Positions 1 to 28,934 of a stretch of 64,000 bases of DNA are shown here, one piece after another. A model generated the notes under the pieces. That model was given only the letters and a program-made list of their open reading frames with translations, did no database searches and had not been told where the DNA came from. The stretch comes from Lingula anatina. Its lineage: Eukaryota > Animalia > Brachiopoda. The stretch lies in NCBI GenBank assembly GCA_051362555.1, contig CM120648.1:14814587-14878586 (forward strand), written 5' to 3'. Made by a program: the position numbers and the translations under genes. Every line of letters starts with the position of its first letter. Within the stretch, counting starts at the first letter, position 1.

Positions 1-2969
1 TAACGTACGATCTGGCCGACATATGTAATTGTATTTCTTTGGTTTTAAGAGACACCACCTATCTCGGCGCAGTGCGGCACGCCTTATCACAACATGAAAT
101 CTGGTTTAATCTATTTAATATCTGGTTTAATCTAATTAATTTTAATATTTCCTGCATTTGTCTGATTTTATCGATCTTTTAGAAGAAACTTTTTAACTTA
201 CACTCGTGTGTATAGATAATGTTGTACACCACCGAGATGTTTGTAATAATCTGAAGTGCTATTTTTCCGCGTTGGGACTCTCTTTTTCTCTTTTAACTCC
301 AAAGATTTTCCTAGAATGCGGGAACACTAATTTTATCACACTGGAAAAAAAAAAGTTAAAGAACTCAAGGGCAGCTTTAGCGCACATTTTGTCTTGTCCA
401 ATTATAAGGCAATCAAATGCCAACAGTGTAGCGTATTAATGATGATAATCTACGAGGAAATCAAAGTATTGGATAAGAGTGTACAAAGGATGTCTCTTTA
501 ACAGCTACTAAAAGAGTTGACTTTTCTAGTGAGGTTCCCACCTTGATGTACCGCTAACTCATTTATCAAATAAACAGTTGTTCCGTAAACTCTGTAATTG
601 GAATGCGCTGTAAATATACCTATATACCTAGATCTGTTAAGCGCCGAACTCCACTCAGGCAAATCTAAAGTATTTTCATTTCTAATACTCAACTCTAATC
701 GAAGGACATCTTTTGATTTTTTTTTTTCTTATTTCATTTCAGTTGTACAATTGCAAGAAAATTGAGACTTTGAGACCGTTTGCACACCTTCCGAGACTTC
801 TGACACCATATCAAGGAACTCAGAGAGTGGGACTACCACATTACGGCTTCTAGGATTACATGAGCAATGGAAGAAAATAACCTTCGATGCACAATTAACT
901 ATACATAGACATTCACTTTATTTTACCAATTAGGAATCAATGTAAATTATGACTTTTTATACACGGAAGAGGTTGCACAGATCTAGTTTCTATTGATCTC
1001 AAAGTGAAGCTATAGAACTTTTCATTACATAATCTTTGAATGCTGTGAACGTTCTGTGATGCGTTGGAAGGACCTTCCGTTTGTAGACAACGGTAATATT
1101 GTTACTTCACTGGCCTCAATATCGGTTAATTGATTCCTCTCTCCGCTCCCATGTCTCGGTTTCAATGGAAATACCGCATACATTGAGTGGTAGTCTTTTG
1201 AGAGTCTATCTCTATAAAAAGAGGGCACAGATCAATTATGATTATGGCCGGAATAGGTGAAACGTTGATACCGGATTTACTCGAGGGAAAAAAGCTGGTT
1301 CATTACTTTGAAGAAGAAACGCCACCCTTCCCTGTCTGCACATTTAAATACTCTTGAAAAATGACAGTCGGAGCAGAGAGTGCAAGCGAATAACCGATAA
1401 AAAATCCGATCAAAAATCTATTTCGATATATCGTATCAATATGATATTAATGTTTGTGCGGGTCTTGTAAGGTTAATAGCGCAAGTTTTGTAGAAGTAAT
1501 ACTATCTGTTGCAAGACCAAGGATTTACACACGTCTATGTAACAAAAATGTTTTTAAAAGTAATATAGAAAATAGACCTTGCCTTTATTAAATCAGTTCA
1601 CAGTGTGCATTATTTAACCGATTCACGTCAAGCATTAAGTTTTTGACAAAAATCTACTACATTTAAATGAGTCATGAAACAGGCGTTCTTTATCCGCACT
1701 TTAATAAGATATTTTATTGAAAATCATTTAGATATACGATGTCAGTGCGCTAGCCCCCACTTTTAAACTATAAAAAAAATGTTAAGGTACTATTGAAAAA
1801 AAGAAACAATTTTAATGATTAACTTTAAATGATTTTGCCGATGCTTGGTGAATAATAAAATAAATTCTGGGAATGGTCTGTCTTTACTTTATTAATTGTA
1901 AACTGTATGTTGGATGAAATTATAATCTTGAAAGTACATATATGTATAGTCTGAAACGAGCATAAAACTCTTGTAGCGTATACAACATAAATTGTTATTG
2001 CAAGTTTCACAGATAGGCTAAAATCCAGAAGCCAAAAGACCAAGCAAAATAAAAATCTTGGGCAGCAGAAAAAGGCTTTTAAACTGGTGTTTTTTTTTTA
2101 ATTCCTGGTCATAAATTTAAGCTACTGTCTCTCCCTCCAGTCGGTAGAGCACAAATGTTTAGCTGAAAGTATCTGACAAATGTCACTCTTCGGGAAATAA
2201 TGTAACGGAACTATGTGCCATTTCTCTAAATGATCCTGTTAGACACTATATATGGTGGCATTTGGTCGGGTTTAGCGGCAATAACGTGACAAAAGAACTC
2301 GCTCGCGTAATATACATCCTTAAATGTTATTTATGATCCTTTCGTTTTATGATGAAAAGAAATAATTTATATCATTAAAGTTGTGCAATTAAAAAGAAGT
2401 TTCCACATCTCTCGCGAGGGGTCCATTGGTGTTTCACAGAAAAAATGCCTCTATTCACTGCGCCTTCAGCCATGTCAGTGACCGCTCTGAGTGTAGAGAC
2501 AGATCCTGCTCCATAGGTGCGTGTGTGGAGGGGGGGGGGGGCACACTTTACCAGCATGAAATGTCGGATTAAGTCATTGTTTTTATCAATATCGGGGAGA
2601 CCAACGGAAACACTGCATTGAGAAGGTCCGGACTATTTGTAAATATTTCTAGTGACCAAGTGCCCATGCCATGCACGAGGTTCAAATAATTCTACCTGAA
2701 GTCAGAGAGGTTACCCAGTCAGTTAAAAATGTAAAAATGTTTCTACGTACCCCGCACATACCGTACATGTTAATAAGAAGTCAACTTCAGTGAACATTTT
2801 GCCGGCTTGTCCAGACTGTATGAAGCACGTGTCAACCAGACACACGTGATCTTATTGCAATTAAGAACATCATTTGATCTGATCACTGTTGAGTTCGGTT
2901 GGTCAGTTAATTGGGTTGTAAAACTACAGATGACACCCGGTATACAGTCATGCCACACGTACATATGTC

Positions 2970-3150
2970 AGCCGTGAAACCACTGAAGTTCGAAGGTTTA
3001 TTTGTCCGAATTTTCACTATAAAACCTTGGGACCAACGAACGGTCCTTTTATTAAAAACTGGTAAAATGTTATGTTTTTCGGACCAAAGAACCTTCGTAC
3101 CAATGAACCTTCGGACAAATGAATCTTCAAATAATCGAGACGCTACCGTG
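2970..3150. repeat. Degenerate element with short gaaccttcggac repeats (probable MITE remnant)
   Basis: Repeated gaaccttcg(g/t)ac(c/a)aa at about 3080-3130 with inverted ttcgaaggtt...gtccgaa at about 2990-3010. Confidence 0.4.
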
Positions 3151-6100
3151 AAATCTGAAAAGTTAACGCAAGGGTATCAAGAACATAAGGTGTGGGAGTT
3201 TCGTTTTCATTCCACTGAAGCGTGGAGGGAAGGAGGAACGGTTTAATGACAGACACAATGAGAGTAAATAAAGTGATTTTCTAGAAATGCGTCTGGTAAA
3301 CGAAGTCAATCCCGGGTTATCTGTTTGACTACCTTCCCACCCTGCTGTCGCAACATAATATCCTCTCGACTTAACGGCTGATGTACATATTTGGTTTCTC
3401 TAAGCGATAAAGGATTTATGGGATCCTGTTTTTGGACGTGGGTAAGTGAGTGAAAAAATGAACGCCCGACCTCTATCTCAGCCACGAGTTAAGTATGAGG
3501 TTTATCTTCAGCACAAAAGGCAACATTCTGCGCTGAAGATGACCTTACTCTAAAGAAACTAAGAACCAGCGCAGTTGTACAACAAAATAATTGATCTAAA
3601 AGTTGAAACAGGTAACATTAGTATTGTCAGCTATACAAATATAGGTCATAAAGTCTATAATTAATTCAGCATTTTATTCAAAAGTAGTGTAGTAAATGGT
3701 TCTCGTGTACTTCAATTAAATCAGAAATGTTGGCAGTATTCGTCTTTATTTATAGACTGAAAAAAAATTTGATTGGCTTTACTACGTCTGTATTTATTAA
3801 CATATTCTATAACAACATTTCGAAAAGAATTCCCCTTAATATTCCTTTAATTGTCTATTTTTCACATCCCCCCCTCCCCCCCCCCACACACACACACAAA
3901 CACACATCGAATTTCATGATAATCACGCTGTGAACAAAATGAACAAGGCGGCAGTTTGTAATGGTATTCTGCACCATACATGAAAAATAAGTGTAGAGTG
4001 CACGACAGACCAGTTTCAGTTCTTCTTCTTCTTCTTTTTGTAAAAAAATGAATAAAAAAATGAAAAAATCAGTGTTCCTTCCAAAGTTAAGGGGAACACT
4101 GTAACCGCTTCCACTTCTTGCTACAGGTCTTTAACGCGTAACCACTATAGTGATTTCAAAATGATATCAGCACTAAATATACGCATGGACAAAATTATTT
4201 GTTATTATGTCCAAGATATACGCCGTGAGCTAGTGAATAGTTTGCGTGGGAAATCATAAAACAAATACATTATTTCTTTCCACGACATTGGTAGCCAGGC
4301 CTCTCCTCTCAGTTACCAAGACATGGGTTGGCATGCAACGATCATTTAGTTTGTAATTTCAAATAAATGAGTTCTTGTTTAAGTACTGCCTAACGCGTGG
4401 ATGGTGTGATAGAAGCACGGCAGAGTGTGGAGGCCGGAAATGAGGGGGAAGAAATTACCGCCAACTTACACTACAACACTGGGGACTGATGGTTTTGCTC
4501 GTGTAATTATCAGTTTTTTGTTTGCAATATTCTCAAACTTCTCTCACCTGTAAATGTTAACTCAATATTGAAGGACTGGTACATTAAAATAGCAAGTGCA
4601 ATTTATTCTTGAATGACCCAATAGATATTTAAAACACATGTATACCGCACAAAAACGATGATACGTGTGTTTGTATTATTATGATAAAAAGAGAATTGTA
4701 AAAGTGGTGAAAAGATACATAAATGAAATGTTTGGCATTTACATGTATGTAAATGTAGTGGTATTCTGCTCCATATGAAAAATATGAGTGTACAACCGAC
4801 TACCTTCAATGATTCCTCTTTTTTTCTTTGGAAGAAAATTTACTTAAATATGAAAATAAATCAGTGTTCCTCTTAAATACCGACTTACCAAAGTTTACAT
4901 TGGAGAGCCTTGTATATTGTGCTCACGGGGTGCACCTACCTGTACGCTCGTACGCAGTGTGCGTACGCATGTAATTTTTTTTTAATCAACAGAAACAAAA
5001 AGAATGGTATATAAATTTTGGACAAAAATTAACACTTTTTCTAATCCTGCCAATTTGGCATACATCCAGGTGGCATATAATCGTATATGATGGCTCATAT
5101 TGTAGGCAGCCGTTGATATGAAATTTGTGTCTCACTTTGGGGCTCTTGATGCAACTTGTGCAATACCTATGTTGGACACTAGCGTTGTTTTTAAAATGAA
5201 CAAAGCTGCAGGGCATAACGTTAAGCCATGTGAAATTCACCAAACAATTGTACTTTTTGACAAATCTCATGCTAAAAAAGATGATATTAACCACCTTAAA
5301 AATGATGAATTGCTCATTATCTGTGTCGCGTAAAAGAGCCCCATGCTGGCCGCCTTCATGCACTGCATGGTGTACTAGGCAACCTCTCCTGGCCAAATAT
5401 AAGAACCAATTTCAAGCATTAAGACAAAAAGAATTATTCTGAGAAATATTTCTAACTAAGAGATGCAAAAAAAGATCATAATTCAACTCTTCGTGGTAAT
5501 TTTTTCTCATTCAAAAGGCGATATGCACGGCGTAAATTTAGTCACAGAGATAAAAAAGGTAATTATGCACATAACCTTTCGCTTATTTACCATCCACTAT
5601 CTTATTTTCCTAGTTTAATTAAAACAACGTGGATTTTTTGTGTAAAATAGGTATCTCAGAACAATTTAACCTACTAGTTGCATTCAAAATAGATCCTGTG
5701 CCCCCATTACCAATGTTTTCCACATGACCAACAAGTAGTCTAAAGATGGTAGCTCAGTTGGTGATCTTTTCGAAATTAAAATGCTAGCCAAACTTACCTC
5801 TGGAGAACCCATCTTTGGTTTAAATGACACTAAATTACAATATCTTAAGCTTAATTTTTTCACCCCCCACCAAATCCCGCCCTTGAATTTTTTTTTTTTT
5901 TTTTTTTGAAATGCTGAAGAAATTTGCCGCTATGTTGTAGTCTCCAATGTAAACAGTTACCCGTTACAAAGTCCATAAAGATAACACCTCGGGAGCATTG
6001 AGCTTCACCTTGCCGCCAGGTTAACAGAGGCCGGCGAACCTGGTCAATGTCAGGGGCCACATTGAACAGGTCAGAAACCTCTTAATTAAATCAAGATAGT

Positions 6101-6449
6101 TTTCGCTCGGGTTTAGACACGTTTTCCTTTTTTTAATTCGATAACTTAACCGAATTTTCCAGTTAAGGAAATCGAAGATATAAAACAAGGTCATTTGGCA
6201 TTTGCAATTCCCGTGCGTGGAGCGCCAATTGCAACAACAAGAGGCAGGCTTCTGTCTGGGGAAGCTGGAGATGTAAGAATACCGCACCATATTTTCGTTC
6301 TTTTCTACACATTTTATACATGAGTGTATTGCCTTACCACTATTGACGTATATACATGTGTCAAAACAATCTTTAAATGCACGTTATTTATTACAAATCC
6401 GTAGTTTTGCAGTGTCAGAATGTCTTTCATATAACACAGATAATCAGCA

Positions 6450-6592
6450 TTCCAAATTACGTTTGTTATATTACACAATCTTGCTCGATACAAGCATATG
6501 TATAAAGTAATTACTTCAGTATTCCAAATTACACGTTTGTCATTACACAATCTTACTCGATACAAGTATATGTATAAAGTAATTACTTCGGT
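6450..6592. repeat. About 73-bp tandem duplication
   Basis: ttccaaattac...attacacaatc...ctcgatacaag...tatgtataaagtaattacttc occurs twice. Confidence 0.8.
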
Positions 6593-7992
6593 AATTTTTC
6601 GGCACGCGATATGTTAACTTGGGCCGGAAGACATGCCGTGTAGGCGAGGAGGATTTACTAGTGCGGCAGCAACTCGGGAGAACAATTAAGAGAGTTCGGA
6701 GACACCAGCGAAATGCTGCATTGGAGCTTGGACATGTCCAAGATTGGAGTAAATGATCTGGAACTGGTTGACGCGTTGTTGCCAATTACTCCCAAGATGC
6801 GTAGATCACTGCAACTCGGCGAGAGTTAAGGACATGTTAAATAGTGTGTTCTAATTTATTTCTGTAGACACAAATAAAAAGAAAAATATACTATATTACG
6901 CTGGTAGAATAACATTTATAACGTAATGGATACGGATTTAAATTGAAAAATCGTTTTCATGAAGATCTACGAAATCGGTAAAAGGAGAGAATTTCATCAT
7001 TGAAGATCCAGGAAATGGACATGCGGAGAAAAACTGGGTTTTTATAAATACAGATTAATTAAAAATTGTAGCTTTGGATCTTATAAAGTATCCAGTGTGG
7101 ATAGCAAATAAATCGGTGCATTTGTTGCAGCAAAAATATGGAGGTCACATTTCGTGTGGTGGAATTGCCCCAAACGTATTTGTATCGATTTCTGAACGAT
7201 TTTGTGTTCCAATCCAAAATTTTGTTCAGAATTATTTGGGATCAGGCAAACCATAGGCATTATATTTTAATATATTTTAAAACCTCAACACCAATTTCGA
7301 GACAATTCGCGCAGTCAGACACAATTTTCTTTTAAAAATTTACATATTAAAAAAGCGATTTTTTTTCCTCTATTCGTATTCGTATACTATAAATATTATT
7401 ACTGTATTATGAATATAGTCACGAAGGTCACTTGTGATGGCCATGAACTAAAAACCATATTCTCTTGGGCAGCTGGGGCAGTTTTCTCTTAGACCCTGGA
7501 ATTATGTACATGTGAACACATTCCGCGGTATAGTCTCGTTATCATTATCCTGGCACTTGTCTTTTTTTGTTTTAACAATACATTTAAAAATACATAAATT
7601 TATATTAGCATATTTATGTGTTCTTCTCGTTTGATGCCTATGTGTTATAACAGTAAACTCACCGTGAAGTCATGGAAGAACATTCACCACATCCCCGCCC
7701 TGGCTAACCCCAGGTGACATGGATAGTGCAAAACTCCCCCCCCCCCCCCCCCCCCCCCCCCACTAGTTACTTCAAACAATACATTCATTCCTAAATCTTT
7801 ATGTCATGGTCAACTCTCACCGGAATTTACACCATCGTATTAGTTGAACAGAAGTCTTCATGTGCCGTCTAAACAGACAAAGGAGTTCACATCCGATAGC
7901 ATCATCGTAAGTTAAGGTGTTTTTTTTTCAGAATAAAATAAAATAAAAGATGAACAAAATAACGACGTTTATCAAAAATATATAACATTGTT

Positions 7993-7998
7993 TTTATT
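7993..7998 (-). terminator. Candidate polyadenylation signal (AATAAA) for TMEM201
   Basis: tttatt on + strand about 1.3 kb past the stop codon; not validated. Confidence 0.3.
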
Positions 7999-8635
7999 AA
8001 GTGTTTACATATTTTATAAGGTGACCTCATGTCCTTTTTAAAGCAATAAATGCAACAAAACATTTTTCTATAATTTTTGGTAAAGTTAAGCTATATATTA
8101 TAAGGAAAATATTCAACATTGAAAGAAATGCGACGGGGATATATAAGTAAAATTGTGTGGACAAAAAAAGCTATGATATGTTTTCATCTTTTCAACACAT
8201 AATATCACAGTTAAAAGAACAAGAACCCATTTAACTTTCCCTTTGGGTCAAAAGTCAAACTTGAGTTACCGGTCTCTCTCCGAGAGAAGAATATAAAGAT
8301 TTTATAATAATCAACCTCCGTTTGGCTAGCTCTGTCTTGCTCTCTCCTAGTTGAAATGATTGTAGATATTCTTTTAAGCAGAAAATAAAGAAAAGAAACA
8401 ACTCGAGCTGTCAGTTCTATGTCTAAGAAATCTCTGATTAGCTCCTGCCAAAACAATGTTATCTTCCTGGTTATAAAGAAGATGTTTCACAGTGAAATCT
8501 GCAGCTGCTCATATAAATATCATGGTAACATCACTGCACTAGTACTTCATACCAGCTATCATATATCTTCTTGTATCATCCAATACTGCTAATTTAGATT
8601 CAATTAGGTGTCTGGTTACTTATGATGATAATATA

Positions 8636-8840
8636 CACTTGACCAAAAAAGTTCACAAACATGAAATTGTTTTTCAGTTATTTAAAAAATATGTAATATA
8701 GTGGGAAAACTTTCAGTGTATATAAAAAAGTAACGAATGACAGATGCATTCTCCATCAATATTTGGATAAAATATTTACCTTAGCTCAAATAGTTATTTC
8801 ATAATTATTCAAAATGTTTCCAAACTTTTTAGGTCAAGTG
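8636..8840. mobile_element. Tc1/mariner-type MITE (about 205 bp)
   Basis: TIRs cacttgaccaaaaaagtt / aactttttaggtcaagtg flanked by TA on both sides. Confidence 0.75.
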
Positions 8841-9206
8841 TACAGACTCCCAAAGTCAAGAATCAAAGTGAGAGTAGAAGCAAATCCATTAGTATAGCAT
8901 CTGTATAATAAAATAGAGCAGGATTATCTCATAATGTGTTCACACAACATGACACAGACACATGGAGGTCTGGCAGAGCACAGCCTTTATCTCATCCTAC
9001 ATCATGTCTGTTTCACTACAGTGGCAGTGGTAAGGAACGGATTTGTGAAATCAATAACTGAGAATATGTTATGTCATGGTACAAGCTCATCTTTTTATAT
9101 AAGAATTTGCCATGGCAGTGAAGGGTATGACTGGCAGAGGTTCACCCTGACCTCTTCTTCCTCTCAACGACAACGCATCCTCCAAAAATCCAGAGCTGGG
9201 TTCATC

Positions 9207-9312
9207 TCAATCCTCAAACAATACAGATCCGAGATATCCTCAATCCTCAATCCTCAAACCATCCTGATCCAAGATATCCTCGATCCTCAATCCTCAAACC
9301 ATCCTGATCTGA
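9207..9312. repeat. About 40-bp tandem repeat immediately 3' of the TMEM201 stop codon
   Basis: gatatcctcaatcctcaatcctcaaaccatcctgatc twice plus a partial copy. Confidence 0.8.
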
Positions 9313-9314
9313 GT

Positions 9315-24114
<14,800 letters not shown>

Positions 24115-24426
24115 ATTTTTCAATGAAACCAACTAGAAATAACCCCAAAATTGTACGAACGTAAGGGGGTTCACGCTTTGTGACACACAGACAGACGCCA
24201 TCTATCGACATCTCTCGGAAGAAAAGAGCAAACATTGATTTATTGCTAAATTGTTACATATAACATTTACAGTGTTATTATGAATACCTACGATATTTTT
24301 GCGATGCATATATTTTATTTTATGTTGATTTTAGGTACATAGTCAGCAATTTTAATAATTTTTAACCCCGATTAATAAACTTTGCCCTGGTTTGTCTTGG
24401 CAAAGGGCGTCTGCTTTTGAGAGTTA
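24115..24426. promoter_or_regulatory. Candidate bidirectional promoter/5'UTR interval between TMEM201 and the most upstream SLC2A first exon
   Basis: Divergent ATGs at 24114(-) and 24427(+), 312 bp apart; contains a YY1-like cgccatct (about 24196-24203). Confidence 0.5.
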
Positions 24427-24699
24427 ATGTGGTGCGTGGTTTTACGTGATTCTTCTCATGATTTGGTGGGCAACTCGTCCACGGAACTATTATGTGATGC
24501 CGAAGAACCTGAAGAAACAACGAACATTAATCTGGCTGTTGAAGAATATGAGTTTATTGACCTTAACAATGATGCAACTGAACCACCCTCGCATCAAGAT
24601 GTTCTGAATGGTGCTGTCGATACCGCAGACAATGCAGAAAGTCGCCAGCTCTGGGAGCAACCGAATATTGAAGTAGCACAGTATTTTCCGTGGAACAGG
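24427..24699 (+). CDS. SLC2A candidate alternative first coding exon 1a (91 aa acidic N-terminus)
   Basis: ORF 24427..; AGG|GTAGGA donor at phase 0, compatible with the 54579 acceptor; lies next to the TMEM201 promoter. Confidence 0.55.
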
Positions 24700-26126
24700 G
24701 TAGGAAATATGTTCATTTCTTTTCTAAATTAGCCCTTTTTCTGCCAGCCTTAGGATGACATAGAGCCAGAAAAAATCTCTACTAACGCAATCGTCAAAAC
24801 TAGATCTTTGGAGAGGGTAACACAAAATTTATGCTGTAGCACACGGTCACCACATGTATTTATAAATTTTGACTTGCACTCAATAGCACATCCAGTACTA
24901 GTATACATACATTGTACCTGAAACGGTAATAAACTATGGAGGGGAAGCTATGCCCTGTAGTAAAGTTGTGTGTTGATGTTACATGTACATATAGGCTGAT
25001 CACTTTACCAAAAATATCAGAACAATTTATAACATAAATATCGGCACAATAACAATAGCAACCATTTAACCCCAGTCGGTTTAAGTCGATGTATTGAGAA
25101 GTAAGCTCTTTTCTGACGCTATAGGCCTAACTAACCCTCTGACTGTCCAAGATGGCTACACAGTGGCAGGGATGTAGTTGTTTAATGAATTCCATGATTT
25201 CAGGAGATTGAATTAACATAAAAAATAATCCTAATTTAGTAAAAATGACAATAAGTGTACGGAAAGTCACGCCTTTTCAATGCACCTTAATTTTTTATTT
25301 TGACATAGGCCTAACATTAAGTGCAGTTTTTGCCCCACGTTGTTGTGTCGTCCTATATATAAACTTGTAGTTGAAGTATTCTAGGTGTTTGCCTACACGT
25401 CTATTACCGTTCAGAGTGGTCACTCTGATTACACTCCAGATAAGATGTGCAGGGGAGGTGAACGGGTAAAATGCGTGCCGAAAGAGTGCAGCAAGTAAAA
25501 TTACCCCAACAGCATTCAACGTGAAAATGACCAAGAAAATTCTTAATGTGATCAATACATTTTACCCTTCTCTGGGGTTTAGTTGTCTGTCTGTCTGTCA
25601 GCTGATAACTGTTTCATTTTTATTCAGTGAGACGCGCTTCATGCACACACACACACACAAACACACACGCACACATACACACAAGCAAAAGTTAAACTAT
25701 ATCTTTCGGCCAAAATGCAGGAATAGATCCCAAATGAACTGAAGAATTCAGTTTGCGCTTTACATGTACAACCACCCGCCTTCAGCCCCATACTATCACT
25801 GTAGGCTGTGAGAACGTCCTTATATACAGAACATCTGGTGTAACTTTTCTCAGGTAGAGGTTAGGACTACATATGTTTGATCAACATGTCTGTTTTCTCC
25901 TTGCAAACAGAAGCGACATATTTATCCGATAAAATAGAAAAAAACTGATACTGCAAGGTATCTGTCAGCAATGCAACTCAGCTATGCTAATCAAACTATG
26001 CCAGGTTAAAAAAAGACGAGATCATTGATGAAAAAATTAATAAAAAGTAATAGTCGTGGGTTTCTCGATATTCGATCTTGTTTTATCTGAGTGTACGTGA
26101 TAAGCGGTTATGATTCATGAACAAGT

Positions 26127-26157
<31 letters not shown>

Positions 26158-27116
26158 CCCGCGCTTTCTCATTCTTTTCATAAACTGATTTTGAAAAACA
26201 AACACGTTTACATTCCAAAAGGCCAATTAATGTCGGCGACACGGACGTTCTACATTTCAAAGACAACGTTTTTGTCAAGACAACGTTTTAGGATCAAATG
26301 ACCCTCCGTTAGCACGCATTGTATGCTAATCTACACGGTATGCGAGAAGGTTGGCGGTAGTTTTGGTATATCTTAACCCAATCACTTCACTTTCTATTAG
26401 TACCTCATTCATTTTAATTTTACGGGACAATCTCATGTTAGATAAAACAACAAATATGCAACGCTTAATGAACTGAGCGTTTTTTATTTGACAAAATTTG
26501 ATTTTTTTTTCAATCAGTGTGATTGACATAACGTGATTGACATTAAGAGGAGCTGGCAGAATGTGTTACCACAGTTGATTTATGTCCTCTCATGCCGCTT
26601 ACAGCAGCTCTGAACCCTGAAAACATGCAGCTCGCGATAACCTCGTCTTTGAAGCCGTTGTAGACATGGAGTCCACACCAATCACATTAAATAAGATGTG
26701 TTTCCCGATCAGCTGATCGAAATGATCAGCACATTAACTCGTGCACACGTTTCAAACACTCCTCAGTGAATTTTAGAGATAAAGGGTCTGTTTGCACAGT
26801 TTGGGACGCCTGCTGCATGAGAACTCGGTCAATTGACGGTGACAGTGAGGCGACTGCACGGCACAGAGCAACTGGCCGAGCTCTCTGAGCGCCTGATTAT
26901 CGTTTCGAAGGGCTCTCCTTTTTTGAGGGAGACTTGTTCAGTTTTTCTTGGTGATAATTCGAGATCACGCTGAAGTTTTGCTATACACGATCACGTTTCT
27001 AAGCATAAAAGAGAAGGGCGATAGAAATAAGTGCTTCAACTTTGCACAGGGACGGCTTGGAGACTTTTTTTCAGTTGAGCAGTTAAGATTCAGAAAGTAA
27101 TCTCTCTGTCACCGCC

Positions 27117-27347
27117 ATGCCGTTAACGCTACCTGAGACCCTTGCTTCCAGCACCTACTCGTTAAACTATAAAGGCCCGGTGCAAACTGTCAGCTCAGCC
27201 TGGTCCATCCACTCCGCCCACAGGTCCAGGTCCCACTTGGAGTTACGGTCAAGAACGGATCTGTCTAAGGACGAGTATCATAAACTTGATGAAAAGATCG
27301 ATGAACAGGCATCTGAAAGCTCTGGTGAAACCTGGGGGCCAGGGGAG
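27117..27347 (+). CDS. SLC2A candidate first coding exon 1b (77 aa, [11 protein letters not shown]...WGPGE)
   Basis: Strong Kozak context accgccATG; GAG|GTAGGT donor, phase 0. Confidence 0.7.
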
Positions 27348-27365
27348 GTAGGTGAACTCAGCCAG

Positions 27366-27411
<46 letters not shown>

Positions 27412-28893
27412 GATCTTAATTATCACCCCCTATCACATCTATGTCATCTTCATTGATTTGTCATTCTGCTTATCCTTCTGAATTTTGAATTATTTAGTAG
27501 TTGGTAAAAATGGACTGAAAACAGAAATTAAAGGCTTGTGAAGGAGCATACATCTCGGGCCTACATGTGACTGTAGGTCCCTGCATGTATCATATCAGTG
27601 CAGAGGCTGATTATCCTGAAATGATTTCTCCGTCTAGTCTGGGAAGTGTCGCAAACTGAATCGTTTACGTGTTCTCACGTCAGTTATTCCAGGACTTAAC
27701 TAATTGTCGTTTAATTACTATCATGTTTGTTTGAAAAGAGAAATTGGTTATTGGAGTTGAGTCACAGAGTGTTCTTGTAGAAGAAGTCTGTCCAATGAAT
27801 AAACTACCACGTGGTGGAGGGGCCTTGTATAAGTGTCACCTAGGATTGCGCAAGGACATAGCCCATGCTTTGTCCATGCTTTTTACAGAAGTATGTAAAA
27901 AAAAAGTGGTACTAGCTTCTGATAACCTCCAGAGATAACTTGGCAAGTGACCTAGTTTCTAAGGTATTTGGACAAAGGTTAAGCAAAAGAAATTATTCAA
28001 CGCCAGCCTCGTTTGATTTGACTCTTTTCCAAGGTGACCACACCTGTTTGTTTAAATTGAGTAGCTTGATACAAGAAGATAGAATCCAGTTTGTACAAGT
28101 CATATTGTGCGACAAAAAGTATGTGCATTAAATCTTTTTTCAATCAAAGCAGAACTATCATGTGTAGTTAAAAGTGAGAAGCATATATATCGCGGTTTTT
28201 AATGCCAGAGACCGCTTGGGCTTGACCATAAGCATTATTATGGAAGTATTTTTGTGCACAGAAAACTTGCGTCAGCACAGAATTAAACGCGTGGTCTTAG
28301 CTGTCATGTGGAGAGAGACGACTTGCACTGAGCAAGCAGGCGCACTGTAAGCTAACATAGATAAGACCTCACTGGAAAGGCTACCGTTGATATAACCTTC
28401 ATATATTTAACCTAGCTGTGTAAATTTACAACCAATCAGTTTACCATTTACATTTCGATAAATGAGCGTTATTATCCAACCCTATAATCGGCTATCAGAT
28501 CATCAGTCTGGTGCTCAGTTTACATATGTAGGTGTCTTCATACGAGATAGATACTCGAGGAGCATTTTCCAGTTCTTTTTGTGACGGGGGAATCAATTCT
28601 GTACTATATCACGGACACTGTGTTTACGGTGACTATCTCCCCCAACAGATAGGCTAGACTGGCTTCTTGTGGATAGGACCGTTTGATAAGATGGTGCGGA
28701 ACTGTAAATGTTCATGTAGACACAAGGTGCACCGAGGCTTCTTATTAAAACCAATATAAATTCCATGGTTGTGTTAAGTGGGAAGTTGCACCCCCGTCAA
28801 AGTTATCCTCTCTTTCCTGTTTTTATTAGTGTCACATTCGTGTTTATTCTGTAATTTTCTTAGAGAAAAAATGGGTTCATTGCATCCCATCAC

Positions 28894-28934
<41 letters not shown>

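Noticed and set aside
4070-4101. 32-bp hairpin cagtgttcc...ggaacactg resembling a collapsed TIR element
   Set aside because: Too short, with no TSD evident; could be chance or an uninformative remnant.
4986-5442. Cluster of overlapping ORFs (136, 71 and 70 aa)
   Set aside because: No domain similarity recognisable by eye; possibly decayed TE sequence.
5745-5765. tRNA-like A box (ggtagctcagttggt)
   Set aside because: No B box, acceptor stem or cloverleaf follows; not a tRNA.
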